A stretch of 64,000 nt of DNA from Oscillospiraceae bacterium. Lineage in GTDB: Bacteria; Bacillota; Clostridia; Oscillospirales; Oscillospiraceae. The stretch lies in the NCBI GenBank assembly GCA_012513005.1, contig JAAZCZ010000061.1:5680-69679 (forward strand). The letters run 5' to 3'. The notes beneath the pieces were generated by a model, which saw only the letters and a list, made by a program, of their open reading frames with translations, was not told where the DNA came from and searched no databases. The translations under genes were made by a program, and so were the position numbers. Positions within the stretch are counted from its first letter, which is position 1. The number at the start of each line of letters is the position of its first letter. This document shows positions 46,676-57,043 of this stretch, piece after piece.

Positions 46676-47413
46676 TTAGTTTTCTTCTTCCCAATTATGC
46701 CATACGTCCTGAACATCTTCGTCGTCATCAAACATGTCGAGCATCTTCTGTATGTTCTTTATTCCTTCTTCGTCATCAAGTTTAATGAAATTGTCCGGAA
46801 CCATTTCCGCCTGCGCGGAAAGTAATGAGTAGCCCTTGCTATCAAGATATTCAGCAACGGCGCTGACATCATCCGGAGAAGTAACTATTTCAAACACATC
46901 GCCTTCACGGCTTACATCCTCGGCTCCCGCTTCAAGCGCATCTTCAAAAATCTGTTCATCGCCAATGTCGCCGTCCTCGTTGTTAACGACTATTATACCT
47001 TTTCTTTCAAAAGACCAAGAAACACATCCTGTTGTGCCCATGTTGCCGCCGTGCTTATCGAAGGCATGTCTGACATTAGATGCTGTGCGGTTTCTGTTGT
47101 CGGTAAGAGTTTCAACAATAATAGCAACTCCGCCCGGACCGTATCCCTCATACACTATTGTTTCAATGTTATCACCGCCGCCGGAGCCCATAGCCTTATC
47201 TATAGCCCTTTTTATGTTATCGTTGGGCATATTAGCAGCCTTGGCTTTTGTTATTACTGTTGCAAGCCTTGCGTTTGTATCCGGGCTGCCTCCGCCGCCC
47301 TCTTTAACTGCAACAGATATTTCCTTTGCAATCTTGGTAAATATTTGTGCTCTTTTGGCATCTTGAGCACCTTTTGTTTTTTGTATATTGTGCCATTTTG
47401 AGTGACCGGACAA
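46676..47413 (-). CDS. yebC: YebC/PmpR family DNA-binding transcriptional regulator
   Basis: N-terminus MSGHSKWHNIQ and the family-typical YEGYGPGGVAI block. Confidence 0.93.
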   Translation of the reverse strand: MSGHSKWHNIQKTKGAQDAKRAQIFTKIAKEISVAVKEGGGGSPDTNARLATVITKAKAANMPNDNIKRAIDKAMGSGGGDNIETIVYEGYGPGGVAIIVETLTDNRNRTASNVRHAFDKHGGNMGTTGCVSWSFERKGIIVVNNEDGDIGDEQIFEDALEAGAEDVSREGDVFEIVTSPDDVSAVAEYLDSKGYSLLSAQAEMVPDNFIKLDDEEGIKNIQKMLDMFDDDEDVQDVWHNWEEEN

Positions 47414-47457
47414 AATTCACAACTCCCCTATTATTAATTAATCAGTATATTTTTTGA

Positions 47458-48330
47458 CTACCATTTGCGAGATTTCTCGGCTAAATCTAAAAGTCTAACA
47501 TAGCTTGTGTATCTGCTGCGGCTTATATTACCATTTTCTACCGCTTCTACAACCTTGCATCCCGGCTCATTTTTATGCATACAGTCATCGAATCTGCATT
47601 CTCTTAAATATGCTTCGAATTCGGGAAATGTGTACTGAAGCTTTTCTCTTGGTATAGGCGCCTGCGCCTCTATGTCAAAAGAAGAAAATCCCGGAGTATC
47701 TGCTATTAGTATAGCGCCGACACGAAAAAGCTCAACATGCCTTGTTGTATGACTGCCTCTGCCCAGCTTTTTACTAACTTCGTTTACTTTTATGTTTAAA
47801 CCGGGGTCTAAGGCATTTAGTAGGCTACTCTTTCCGACTCCGGAGTTACCTGTAAATGCACAGGTTAGTCCGCGAAGCCTCTCTCTTAAGCTTTCAATAC
47901 CAAGACCGGTTTCCGCACTAGTGAAAATAACATCATAAGGTGTGAGCTTATATATTTCGGATAGTCTATCTGAATCGGATAAATCGGCTTTGTTAATGCA
48001 AATTATTACCTGGCATGAATTATACTCAGCAAGAGCAGATATTCTATCCACAAAAAACGGATCTCCAACAGGTATTGTTTCCGAAACAACTACTACAAGT
48101 GCGTCAATATTTGAAACTGCCGGCCTTAAAAAGCTGTTTTTTCGTTCCTTAATCTTTTCGATAATGCCTTTTTCATTGCTGTCAACTTCAAATTCAACAA
48201 AATCACCTACAAGCGGGGATTGATTTTTTAGCCTAAAAATTCCTCTCGCCCTGCATTCAAAAAGCTTATCCTCGGATTCTACATAATAAAACCCGCTTAA
48301 GGCTTTTATTATTCTCCCGACTTTTAGCAT
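47458..48330 (-). CDS. rsgA: ribosome small-subunit-dependent GTPase A
   Basis: Circularly permuted GTPase: NKADL precedes GNSGVGKSSLLNAL. C-terminal zinc knuckle CRFDDCMHKNEPGC. Confidence 0.92.
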   Translation of the reverse strand: MLKVGRIIKALSGFYYVESEDKLFECRARGIFRLKNQSPLVGDFVEFEVDSNEKGIIEKIKERKNSFLRPAVSNIDALVVVVSETIPVGDPFFVDRISALAEYNSCQVIICINKADLSDSDRLSEIYKLTPYDVIFTSAETGLGIESLRERLRGLTCAFTGNSGVGKSSLLNALDPGLNIKVNEVSKKLGRGSHTTRHVELFRVGAILIADTPGFSSFDIEAQAPIPREKLQYTFPEFEAYLRECRFDDCMHKNEPGCKVVEAVENGNISRSRYTSYVRLLDLAEKSRKW

Positions 48331-48342
48331 AAATATTTCACC

Positions 48343-50058
48343 TTATGGCTTGGGTCCGAGTGATACCCATAAGTAAATCTTTGAATACTCTTCAACAGAG
48401 GTATATGCCTCCGTGCTTTGTTTTACAACTATTCCTGCATCATTGTCACTGTATGTATACTTGCTGTCTACGTATGTTAAATTGACAGCTTTCAGCCTTT
48501 CCTTTGCCTTAGCCTCAGTAAGCCCCACAAGATTCGGCATAGTAACTTCTTTTAGTGTCGGACCTGAGCTTACGGATATATATACCGTTGAGCCGGAAGA
48601 CAGCTGCTCTCCGGTACCCGGGTTGCTTTTAATAACGTAGTCCTCTGCAACATCCTCGGATGATTCATAAACAGTTTCCGCGACAAAGCCTGCTTTTTGA
48701 ATTTCTAATGTGGCTTCCTGATACTGCATACCGACGACGTTAGGAACTTCTTTCATAACAATTCCCGTGCTGATCGTAAGCGTTACATCTATCTTATTTG
48801 GTACAACCATCATACTTCTGCCCGGCAACGGATCCTGACTTAAAATTTCTCCGTCGGGCACAGCCGGATCGATTGTGTATTTAACAATAAAATTATATGT
48901 TTTATTAAACTCACCGTTATTTACAATAGAATCATATTTTGTACCGATAAAATCGGGAATCTGAACCCGTTCTGCTGCTGAGAAAATATCTTTTATCCAA
49001 AATGACCATAGGAAAGTAAATAGCGCAACAATAAAGATTAATACGCCAAAAGCTCCGGAGAGCATGCTCACTTTGCGAGCACGGGCTTTTCTGAGCTTAT
49101 ATTTTTCACGGCTAAGCTCGCCAACATTACTAATAGGCACAACATCCGGAATAATATTAGCATAAAACTCCTTGTCGAAATCCTCCTGCTCACTTTGAGC
49201 GGTAGTAGCTATTGCCATAAAGTTTTGCTGTTTTCTATATTCTTCCAGGTCATTTAAAAGCTCTGTAGCATTCTGATATCGTTTTTCAATATCAGGGCAC
49301 ATTGCCTTCATTGTTATTCTGGAAAGCTCTTCCGGGGCTGCCGGATTAACTTCAGACGGAGTGCGGGCTCCACCGCCTATATGCTTTCTGGCAACATCTT
49401 CGGTGTCGTCTCCGTCGTAAGGTAAGCTGCCTGTCAGCATTTCATACATTACAACACCAAGCGAGTATATATCACTTCTAATGTCGGGGGCACCGCCCTT
49501 TGCCTGCTCGGGGGCGATGTAGTGTACAGAACCCACAGTCTGCTCAGCTTTTTGCTCTGATGCACTCTCGAGGGCAGAAATACCAAAATCAGCGACTTTA
49601 ATAGTGCCGTCTTTTAGTATCATAATGTTTTGCGGCTTTATGTCCCTATGGACTACACCTTTTGAATGGGCATGCTCAAGTGCTTTGCATATCTGAGTTG
49701 TAAAGAACAGTGCTTCCTTCCACCCAAGCGTGCCTTTTTTCTTCATATACTGCTTTACTGTAATACCGTCAATAAGCTCCATAACAATATAATTAATTTC
49801 ATCGTTATGGCTTACATCGTACACAGAAACTATATTAGGATGAGAAAGCATAGCTACAGCCTTAGCTTCAACCTGGAAACTGCTTCTAAAATCATCATCT
49901 TCGGCCATATCATCTCTTAAAACCTTAACAGCAACATAGCGGTTAAGCCTGTTGCACATTGCTTTAAAAACGATTGCCATTCCACCGGTACCAATCAGCT
50001 CAGCTATTTCATACCTGCCGTCAAGCGTGGTGCCGAGGTATCTTTCCATACTATCCAT
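48343..50058 (-). CDS. prkC: Ser/Thr protein kinase with extracellular PASTA repeats (PrkC/Stk1)
   Basis: Hanks kinase motifs (GTGGMAIVFKA, HRDIKPQNI, DFGIS, APEQ), one TM helix, and three PASTA-like repeats. Confidence 0.92.
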   Translation of the reverse strand: MDSMERYLGTTLDGRYEIAELIGTGGMAIVFKAMCNRLNRYVAVKVLRDDMAEDDDFRSSFQVEAKAVAMLSHPNIVSVYDVSHNDEINYIVMELIDGITVKQYMKKKGTLGWKEALFFTTQICKALEHAHSKGVVHRDIKPQNIMILKDGTIKVADFGISALESASEQKAEQTVGSVHYIAPEQAKGGAPDIRSDIYSLGVVMYEMLTGSLPYDGDDTEDVARKHIGGGARTPSEVNPAAPEELSRITMKAMCPDIEKRYQNATELLNDLEEYRKQQNFMAIATTAQSEQEDFDKEFYANIIPDVVPISNVGELSREKYKLRKARARKVSMLSGAFGVLIFIVALFTFLWSFWIKDIFSAAERVQIPDFIGTKYDSIVNNGEFNKTYNFIVKYTIDPAVPDGEILSQDPLPGRSMMVVPNKIDVTLTISTGIVMKEVPNVVGMQYQEATLEIQKAGFVAETVYESSEDVAEDYVIKSNPGTGEQLSSGSTVYISVSSGPTLKEVTMPNLVGLTEAKAKERLKAVNLTYVDSKYTYSDNDAGIVVKQSTEAYTSVEEYSKIYLWVSLGPKP

Positions 50059-50078
50059 GTATCCTCCTAATATCGGAA

Positions 50079-50816
50079 CTACTTAGTTATTATTACAATA
50101 GTAACGTTATCTCTTGCTCCTCTGTCCATTGCCTTATAAAGGAGGGCATTGCCAAGAGAAAGCGGGTCTGTGTTAATCTGTGAAAGCTCTAAGATTTCAG
50201 AATCTTCAACCATGTTGCTAAGCCCGTCAGAGCAAAGCAGTATTTTGTTTCCCGGGAACACCAGCGGTCTGAACATATCAAACGGGACCTGTTCATTAAC
50301 CCCAAGTGCTCGGGTAATCACACTTCTGCGCGGATGGATTTTCGCCTCGTCCTGTGTTATTTCTCCATTATCTATAAGCTCCTGCACAAGGGAATGATCT
50401 CGGCTTATTTGCTTAATCTTATTCTTTGATATCTTATAAGCTCTGCTGTCGCCCACGTTTAGAATAAATGTACGGTTGCCGATTAGAAGTGCTGCGACTA
50501 AAGTTGTACCCATTCCTGTGTAACCCTTATCAAAACAAGAATAGCTGTAAACCATATTGTTAGCAGCCTCGCATGCATTTCCCATCATTTCGATGCAGTC
50601 AGGATTCTTAAGACTTGATGAGTTTAGCCTTTGGCTGAAAGTTGAAACAAAAGTTTTAGCAGCAAGCTCACTTGCCAGATTTCCGGCACGCTCTCCGCCC
50701 ATGCCGTCGCATAAAACGGCCAGAACAGCATTTCTGTCGTCAAATCTTTCAATTATGAAACTGTCCTGGTTCTCTAAACGAACCTTACCACGATCTGTGA
50801 TTCCAAAACTATTCAT
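50079..50816 (-). CDS. prpC: PP2C-family Ser/Thr phosphatase (PrpC/Stp1)
   Basis: RLENQDSF, CDGMGG, and a C-terminal DNVTIV block. I chose the ATG at 50816, just after the rlmN stop at 50827. Confidence 0.9.
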   Translation of the reverse strand: MNSFGITDRGKVRLENQDSFIIERFDDRNAVLAVLCDGMGGERAGNLASELAAKTFVSTFSQRLNSSSLKNPDCIEMMGNACEAANNMVYSYSCFDKGYTGMGTTLVAALLIGNRTFILNVGDSRAYKISKNKIKQISRDHSLVQELIDNGEITQDEAKIHPRRSVITRALGVNEQVPFDMFRPLVFPGNKILLCSDGLSNMVEDSEILELSQINTDPLSLGNALLYKAMDRGARDNVTIVIITK

Positions 50817-50826
50817 AAAGTCTCCA

Positions 50827-51873
50827 CTAAAGCTCCCTACCCTCAGCAGCCTTCTTCCTGAGCTGACCGCATGAAGCATCAATATCAGAGCCTAATCTGC
50901 GCCTTATTGTTACATTTGCTTTATTCTCTTCTAGGATAGAATAAAATCGTTTAATTCTTGCACTGCTGCTGGGTTTTAAATCCCGCTCTTTAACATAATT
51001 GAGCGGAATAAGATTAATATGTGCGCCAATCTTGCTTGCATGCTTAGCCAAAAGCTTTGCCTGCTCATCTGAATCATTAATCTTGTCTATCATAGCATAT
51101 TCAAATGAAATTCTTCGCCCCGTTTTTTTATAGTAGTCTTCACATGAGCAAAGAAGGCTGTCTATGTCGCAGACTCTATTGACGGGCATTAACTTAGTTC
51201 TAGTTTCATTATCAGGCGCATGCAACGAAACAGACAATGTTAATTGTAAATTACTTTCGGCAAGTTTGTCAACATTTTCTGCTAAACCGCAGGTAGATAA
51301 AGAAATATGCCGCATTCCGATGTTCATTCCGTCACTGTCGTTTACCAAAGATAAAAACTTAATCACATTATCAAAATTATCTAAAGGCTCTCCTATTCCC
51401 ATAAGAACAATATTAGATATTTTATATCCCGAGTCAAGCTCCGTATATAATACTTCGTTTAGCATTTCTGCAGGGCTTAGGTTTCTTATTAGTCCGCCTA
51501 TAGTAGATGCGCAAAAAACACATCCCTGTCTGCAACCCACCTGCGAAGAAATACAAACTGTGTTTCCGTATTTATACCGCATGAGAACTGTCTCAACAGC
51601 ATTGCCGTCTTTTAATTTCCAAAGGTATTTTATTGTACCGTCAGTTTTTGAAACCTGTTTTTTGTCAAGAGTTAAACTGTCGATAAAAAATTTTTCACTA
51701 AGCTGCTGTATTAGTCTCTTTGGCAAATTTGTCATTTGCTCGAAGCTTCTTATTCCCTGTGATAGCCACTTGAATAATTGCGTTCCTCTGAACCGAGGCT
51801 CTCCCATTAAAAGAAGCTCCTCTTCTATTTCCTCTTTACTAAGAGATTTTATATCGATTTTTTCATTATACAT
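50827..51873 (-). CDS. rlmN: 23S rRNA (adenine2503-C2)-methyltransferase RlmN (radical SAM)
   Basis: Radical SAM CxxxCxxC (GCRQGCVFC), GEPLDN, and the C-terminal DIDASCGQL. Confidence 0.93.
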   Translation of the reverse strand: MYNEKIDIKSLSKEEIEEELLLMGEPRFRGTQLFKWLSQGIRSFEQMTNLPKRLIQQLSEKFFIDSLTLDKKQVSKTDGTIKYLWKLKDGNAVETVLMRYKYGNTVCISSQVGCRQGCVFCASTIGGLIRNLSPAEMLNEVLYTELDSGYKISNIVLMGIGEPLDNFDNVIKFLSLVNDSDGMNIGMRHISLSTCGLAENVDKLAESNLQLTLSVSLHAPDNETRTKLMPVNRVCDIDSLLCSCEDYYKKTGRRISFEYAMIDKINDSDEQAKLLAKHASKIGAHINLIPLNYVKERDLKPSSSARIKRFYSILEENKANVTIRRRLGSDIDASCGQLRKKAAEGREL

Positions 51874-53132
51874 ATATAAAATCCATCCGTGTTATCTATA
51901 TGTGGCCAAAAACTTCTTGTTTCTAAAACATTGAAGTTATTATTAGAAGACAAAAATTTATTTACTACATCGTTATTTTCTTCTTTTATTAAAGTGCAGG
52001 TAGAATATAGCAAGGTGCCACCCGGCGCAACATAAGAAGACGCGTTATTTAGAATTTCAAGCTGCAAAGCCGGTAGCTCTGCAATGCTTTCCCTGCTCTT
52101 ATATCGGATTTCAGGCTTTTTTCGAATAACCCCTAAGCCTGAGCAAGGAACATCTGCTATAACCAAGTCAAAAGCATTAATATAGTTCTTATTAATAACT
52201 CTTGCATCCTCTAGTTTAGTCTTAATACAAGATAGCCCCAACCTTGTAGCACCCTCAGCAACTAAGGAAAGTCTCTTTTCACTTACATCGCAGGATAGTA
52301 CTTCGCTATTATTTCCGCTAAGTATCGCGGCAGCAAAGCTCTTACCTCCCGGCGCAGCGCAAAGATCTAATATTTTCATTTTTTCTTTTGGTGCTGCTTG
52401 AGCTACCGACAGAAAGGCTGCATCATCCTGTACATAAAACATTCCGTCACAATATTCCTGAACAGAATTAATATTCGGCATCTTATCAATAATTAACGAG
52501 CTGTCAGTACCTGCTTTTTTCACATCATAGCCCTTAGATGTCAAATCATAAAGCAGGCTATCTACACTGCATTTTAGTGTATTTGTTTGCAGAGTAATAC
52601 CCGGCTCTGTATTATTTGCCAAAAGAAATTTTTCTGTAAAATCATATCCGCAAATTTTAATAAAATACTCGCAAAGCCAAAGAGGGTGGCTGTATTTAAC
52701 AGACAAGAATTCAGACTTTGTGTCAGCTGATATCGGGGGCAGTTTGTCTTTAGCATCAGATAATTTTCTTAATACTGCATTTACAAGTGAAGCTGCGTGT
52801 CTTCTTTGCTTTTTGCAAATACTAACTGCCTCGTTAACTACCGCTGACGGAGGAATTCTATCTAAAAATAGTAGCTGATAAGCAGATATTCTAAGTATAT
52901 CCAGCACAGTCGGCTCAATTCTATTAATGCTTCGGCTTAAATATAAGGACAAATAATAGTCTAAGAAAAATGTATTCTGCACTGTTCCTCTGACTATTTT
53001 ATTGCAAAGCGCCTTGTCTGCTGCATTTAAGCCTTCCGAGACTAAGCTTATAGCTTCGTCTAAAAAAATGCCTTGTCTTCTTATCTGCTCCAAAGCTACT
53101 AGGGCTTTTCGCCTGGCGTCCGGTTTTTTCAT
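51849..53132 (-). CDS. rsmB: 16S rRNA (cytosine967-C5)-methyltransferase RsmB
   Basis: N-terminal NusB-like domain, SAM motif DLCAAPGGKS, and catalytic Cys blocks DVPCSGLG and YSTCT. Confidence 0.9.
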   Translation of the reverse strand: MKKPDARRKALVALEQIRRQGIFLDEAISLVSEGLNAADKALCNKIVRGTVQNTFFLDYYLSLYLSRSINRIEPTVLDILRISAYQLLFLDRIPPSAVVNEAVSICKKQRRHAASLVNAVLRKLSDAKDKLPPISADTKSEFLSVKYSHPLWLCEYFIKICGYDFTEKFLLANNTEPGITLQTNTLKCSVDSLLYDLTSKGYDVKKAGTDSSLIIDKMPNINSVQEYCDGMFYVQDDAAFLSVAQAAPKEKMKILDLCAAPGGKSFAAAILSGNNSEVLSCDVSEKRLSLVAEGATRLGLSCIKTKLEDARVINKNYINAFDLVIADVPCSGLGVIRKKPEIRYKSRESIAELPALQLEILNNASSYVAPGGTLLYSTCTLIKEENNDVVNKFLSSNNNFNVLETRSFWPHIDNTDGFYICIMKKSI

Positions 53133-54073
53133 AATGCATCCACTTCAATCGGATGCCCCAGAAGCCAGTCGGAAGCTGCCATGCGCCTTTTCCCTGCAGC
53201 CTGTACCTCTGTAATAAGCACCGTTTCGCCTCCGCCACAGGCAATTTCAATTCCGTTTTTGTCTGCTTTTACAACAGTACCCGGTGCTTTATTTGTTTTT
53301 GTATCAGTGTATCTGGGTGAAAATATTTTTAGTTCAGAACTATCTATGCATGCAGAAGCGCAGGGCCAAGGTTCAAGCCCGCAAATCAAATTTACTATTT
53401 CTTTGCTGCTTTTGCTCCAGTCTACTTTTGAATCATTTTTGCTAAGCTGCTTTGTGTATGTGGCTTTGCTGCTGTCTTGCGGCGTTCTCGGGGCAAGATT
53501 AGACCCAATGTCTTCTACGGTTTTTGAAAGAAGCTTAGCCCCAATATCAGCTAACCTTTCAAACAGCTTATCTGATGTTTCGTACTCATCTATTTTGGTT
53601 TCTTGGCAGTAAATAATGTCACCGGCATCCATTTCAGATGTAAGGTGAATAGTGCAAACACCTGTAACTTTATCTCCGCTTATTATTGCTTGCTGTATCG
53701 GAGATGCTCCCCTGTGTTTCGGCAATAATGAGCCGTGCAGGTTTATAGCTCCGTATTTAGGAATATTCAAAAGTTTTTGAGGAAGTATTCTCCCATAAGC
53801 TACAACCACAATAATATCAGGCGATAGATCACTTACTTGTTTAATAACTTCGTCTGATTTTAGGCTTACCGGCTGAAAAACGGGTGTGTTTTTTAAAAGA
53901 GCCAGCTCCTTAACCGGAGGCATAACAACTTTATGTCCTCTTCCCTTTGGTTTATCAGGCTGAGTAAAAACAGCTACAATCTCATGCCCGTCTTCATAGA
54001 GCCTTTTCAGCGAGCTTGCTGCAAACTGCGGAGTTCCCATAAAAATAATTCGCAACTTATTCTTCCTCATCAT
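53129..54073 (-). CDS. fmt: methionyl-tRNA formyltransferase
   Basis: IIFMGTPQFA, NLHGSLLPKHRGASP; 4-nt overlap with rsmB. Confidence 0.93.
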   Translation of the reverse strand: MMRKNKLRIIFMGTPQFAASSLKRLYEDGHEIVAVFTQPDKPKGRGHKVVMPPVKELALLKNTPVFQPVSLKSDEVIKQVSDLSPDIIVVVAYGRILPQKLLNIPKYGAINLHGSLLPKHRGASPIQQAIISGDKVTGVCTIHLTSEMDAGDIIYCQETKIDEYETSDKLFERLADIGAKLLSKTVEDIGSNLAPRTPQDSSKATYTKQLSKNDSKVDWSKSSKEIVNLICGLEPWPCASACIDSSELKIFSPRYTDTKTNKAPGTVVKADKNGIEIACGGGETVLITEVQAAGKRRMAASDWLLGHPIEVDAL

Positions 54074-54566
54074 TTCGGCTTTGCATTTCCGCTATCTCTT
54101 CATCTGTGAGCATTTTATCCGCCAGCTCAGTAAATACTATCCCGTTTAAGTGGTCAATCTCATGACAGTATGCCCTGGCAGTGAGTCCCTGCCCTTCAGT
54201 AATAAACTCATTACCAAATCTGTCCCTAGCCCGCACCTTTACTTTATCGGGTCGTCTGACAACTCCAAACTCGGAAGGAAAAGAAAGGCAACCTTCAGGA
54301 CCAATTTGCTCACCTTCACACTCTATTATCTCGGGATTGAGAAGCTCAACAATTTTTTCGTTCTCAGGATCAGAAACATCCAAAACCAATGCAGCACGCC
54401 TTAGCACACCGACCTGCGGCGCTGCCAAGCCAAGTCCTCCGGAGTCTAAGAGTGTCTCTCTCATATCGTCTAAAAGCAAATGAATTCTGTCGTTAAAATC
54501 AGTAATCTCACGGCTTTTCTTTAATAAAGTCGGATCCTGACTATTTAAAATATTTCTTAGTGCCAT
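54057..54566 (-). CDS. def: peptide deformylase
   Basis: The three Def motifs: GLAAPQVG, EGCLSFP, HEIDHLNG. Confidence 0.94.
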   Translation of the reverse strand: MALRNILNSQDPTLLKKSREITDFNDRIHLLLDDMRETLLDSGGLGLAAPQVGVLRRAALVLDVSDPENEKIVELLNPEIIECEGEQIGPEGCLSFPSEFGVVRRPDKVKVRARDRFGNEFITEGQGLTARAYCHEIDHLNGIVFTELADKMLTDEEIAEMQSRNDEEE

Positions 54567-54576
54567 ACTATCACTC

Positions 54577-56835
54577 CTAATCTAATGGATTAATATCCCC
54601 AAAAATCTGAATACCTTTAAAGTCCTTATCATTTGAAAGCTCAGTAATAATACCTGAGACTAAATTTTTAATATTACTTTTACCGCCTTGGCAAATTGTA
54701 ATTCTATATCTAAAGCGGTTGCTAACCTTGAAAATCGGCAACGGTGCCGGGCCCAAAATTCTGCATGTTTTATCTTCCTGTGCTATATTTGCGTTTAGCG
54801 CATCTCTTATTGTACAAGCAGATTTATAAACATGCTCCTCATTTACACCTGTGCATGTAATTGTAATCAGTTCTTTATATGGCGGCAAGTCCAGAAGCCT
54901 TCTAAGCTCAATTTCGCTGCTATAAAAAGCTTCATAATCCTGCCCAGCTGCCTGATTAATTGTTTCATTCTCGGGTGAAAAAGTCTGAATAATTGCTCTT
55001 CCGACTTTTTCAAATCTGCCGGACCTGCCAACTACCTGAGTTATTAGAGAAAATGTTTTCTCTGAGGCTCTGTAATTCCCGCTGTAAAGTCCCTGATCTG
55101 CATCTATAACACCGACAAGCGTAACATTTTCAAAATTTAGACCCTTTGCAACCATTTGAGTTCCGATTAGTATTGGCACTTTATTATCGATAAAATTGCT
55201 TATTACCGATTCATGACCGCCCTTATATCCCACTGTGTCGGTATCCATGCGAAGAACTTCAATATCAGGAAATAATGATTTCAGTTCCTCTTCAAGCCTC
55301 TGTGTTCCTACTCCGATTTGCAAGGTTTCTCCACCGCATTCAGGGCACTTAGAGTTGTGCCTGTGTGAATAGCCACAGTAGTGGCACATAAGCTTGTTGC
55401 CGTAGCTATGGTAGGTTAAGCTCACGCTGCAACTCGGGCAGGACTGCACAAATCCGCATTGCGGACAGACAACAGTTTTGCTTGCACCTCTTCTGTTTAA
55501 GAAAAGAATTGACTGCTCATTTGCTTTAATATTCTTGCATAGCTCTTCATATAGTTCACGGCTTATCGGGCTTCCGTTTCCTCGGCGCAGCTCGGACTTC
55601 ATGTCAACTATTCTGACCTCCGGTAAAGGAGTGCAGTTATATCTTTCCGGTAAGGCAAAATACATGTATCTGCCGATTTCAGCAAAGTATCTGCTTTCGA
55701 CAGACGGGGTTGCTGAACCTAAGAGCAAGGCAGCATTTGACTGAGCACATCTGTAGTTTGCCACATCTCTGGCGTGATATCTTGGAGCATTTTCTGATTT
55801 ATATGTATCTTCCTGCTCTTCGTCAATAATGATTAGCCCGAGATTTGAAGCTGGTGCAAAAACAGCGCTTCTTGTCCCTATTACAATACGTGCAAGTCCG
55901 CTTCCTATTCTCTTCCACTCATCATAACGCTCCCCGGCACTTAAGCTACTGTGTAAAATAGCAACTATATCTCCAAAATGGGAGTAAAAAGTCTGTACCA
56001 TTTGAGGTGTTAAAGAAATTTCCGGTAAAAGTAGTATCGACGACTTGCCGGCTTTAAGCATTTTTTCTATTAAATGTAAGTAAACTGCAGTCTTTCCGCT
56101 GCCAGTCACGCCAAATAAAAGACCTATTTTGAGTTTTTCATCAGTAATATTATTCCAAATGCTTTCAAAAACCGAAAGCTGATCAAAGGAAAGCTCAGGT
56201 AAAGGAGCATTTTCACTTAGTACATTTATCTGTGGTCGCCTGAAAACTATTTCTTCCGCAATAGAAATATATGCGCTTCTCTCCAGTGCCTTTATGCCCT
56301 GCATTCCGGCTCCTGTAAACTCTTTTAGCTCATTTAATGAGACATATCCGACAGAGCATAACGTGCTTAGCACCTTTGCCTGAGACGGTGCAGTTCTTCT
56401 TTTTGTGTCTGCAAGCACCATCGCATCCTCTGCCGGAATTATTAGCTCGACCATTTTTATTGTCTTATCTCGGATACTCAGCTTGCCGGATTTATACCAC
56501 AAGCCTGCCGGTATCATTGCCTTAATTGCATCATAAACTGTGCAAAAAAACCTGCTTCTCATCCACAAAGCAAGTTTTAACTGCTCATTTTGCATAATTG
56601 GTTCCGAATCTAAAAACTCAATTATAGATTTTAGCTTTCTCTGCTTGCTAAGCTCAGAAGAAACCGATAGAATCAGCCCTTCAGTCCTCCTGTTGCTCCT
56701 TGAAAACGGTACAATAACACGAGCCCCGGGAACTGCGAGCTTAGTAAATTCAGCCGGTACAAGATAGTCATACGGCTTGTCCAAAGCATACGGTATTCCG
56801 GAAACAGCTATCTTTGCAACTAATTCAATAGACAT
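54577..56835 (-). CDS. priA: primosomal replication restart helicase PriA
   Basis: Walker A GVTGSGKT, DEEQ box (IIDEEQE), and the PriA-specific Cys-rich insertion CPQCGFVQSCPSCSVSLTYH...CHYCG...CPECG. Confidence 0.93.
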   Translation of the reverse strand: MSIELVAKIAVSGIPYALDKPYDYLVPAEFTKLAVPGARVIVPFSRSNRRTEGLILSVSSELSKQRKLKSIIEFLDSEPIMQNEQLKLALWMRSRFFCTVYDAIKAMIPAGLWYKSGKLSIRDKTIKMVELIIPAEDAMVLADTKRRTAPSQAKVLSTLCSVGYVSLNELKEFTGAGMQGIKALERSAYISIAEEIVFRRPQINVLSENAPLPELSFDQLSVFESIWNNITDEKLKIGLLFGVTGSGKTAVYLHLIEKMLKAGKSSILLLPEISLTPQMVQTFYSHFGDIVAILHSSLSAGERYDEWKRIGSGLARIVIGTRSAVFAPASNLGLIIIDEEQEDTYKSENAPRYHARDVANYRCAQSNAALLLGSATPSVESRYFAEIGRYMYFALPERYNCTPLPEVRIVDMKSELRRGNGSPISRELYEELCKNIKANEQSILFLNRRGASKTVVCPQCGFVQSCPSCSVSLTYHSYGNKLMCHYCGYSHRHNSKCPECGGETLQIGVGTQRLEEELKSLFPDIEVLRMDTDTVGYKGGHESVISNFIDNKVPILIGTQMVAKGLNFENVTLVGVIDADQGLYSGNYRASEKTFSLITQVVGRSGRFEKVGRAIIQTFSPENETINQAAGQDYEAFYSSEIELRRLLDLPPYKELITITCTGVNEEHVYKSACTIRDALNANIAQEDKTCRILGPAPLPIFKVSNRFRYRITICQGGKSNIKNLVSGIITELSNDKDFKGIQIFGDINPLD

Positions 56836-56851
56836 ATTACTAAGCCGCGTC

Positions 56852-57043
56852 CTATTTTTTTATAGAGAGTTTACCTGTAAAAACTTCTTCAATCGCAGTT
56901 GAAACAGGCTTTTTTTCAAGTAACTCTGCCTGATCCTCAGCAGTTTCGGCAATTGTTCTTGCCCTTCTTGCAACGAGATTAACCAGCAAATATCTGCTTC
57001 CTACTTTTTCTACAAGTTCAACCATTGGGGGATACAACATCAT
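56852..57043 (-). CDS. rpoZ: DNA-directed RNA polymerase subunit omega
   Basis: 63 aa with GSRYLLVNLVARRARTI. It lies downstream of gmk, the conserved arrangement. Confidence 0.87.
   Translation of the reverse strand: MMLYPPMVELVEKVGSRYLLVNLVARRARTIAETAEDQAELLEKKPVSTAIEEVFTGKLSIKK

Noticed and set aside
51164-51934. 256-aa plus-strand ORF, the longest unassigned ORF in the track.
   Set aside because: It is fully antisense to rlmN/rsmB, has no RBS and is Ser/Leu/Ile-rich. It is a typical shadow frame of a well-supported gene. The same reasoning applies to 45738-46268 (antisense to murD), 32175-32684 (TIGR01440 gene), 19610-20146 (fba), 46836-47366 (yebC), 59328-59897 (cdaR), 58173-58637 (yicC), 53181-53612 (fmt), 10977-11429 (radA) and 15099-15566 (DHHW gene).
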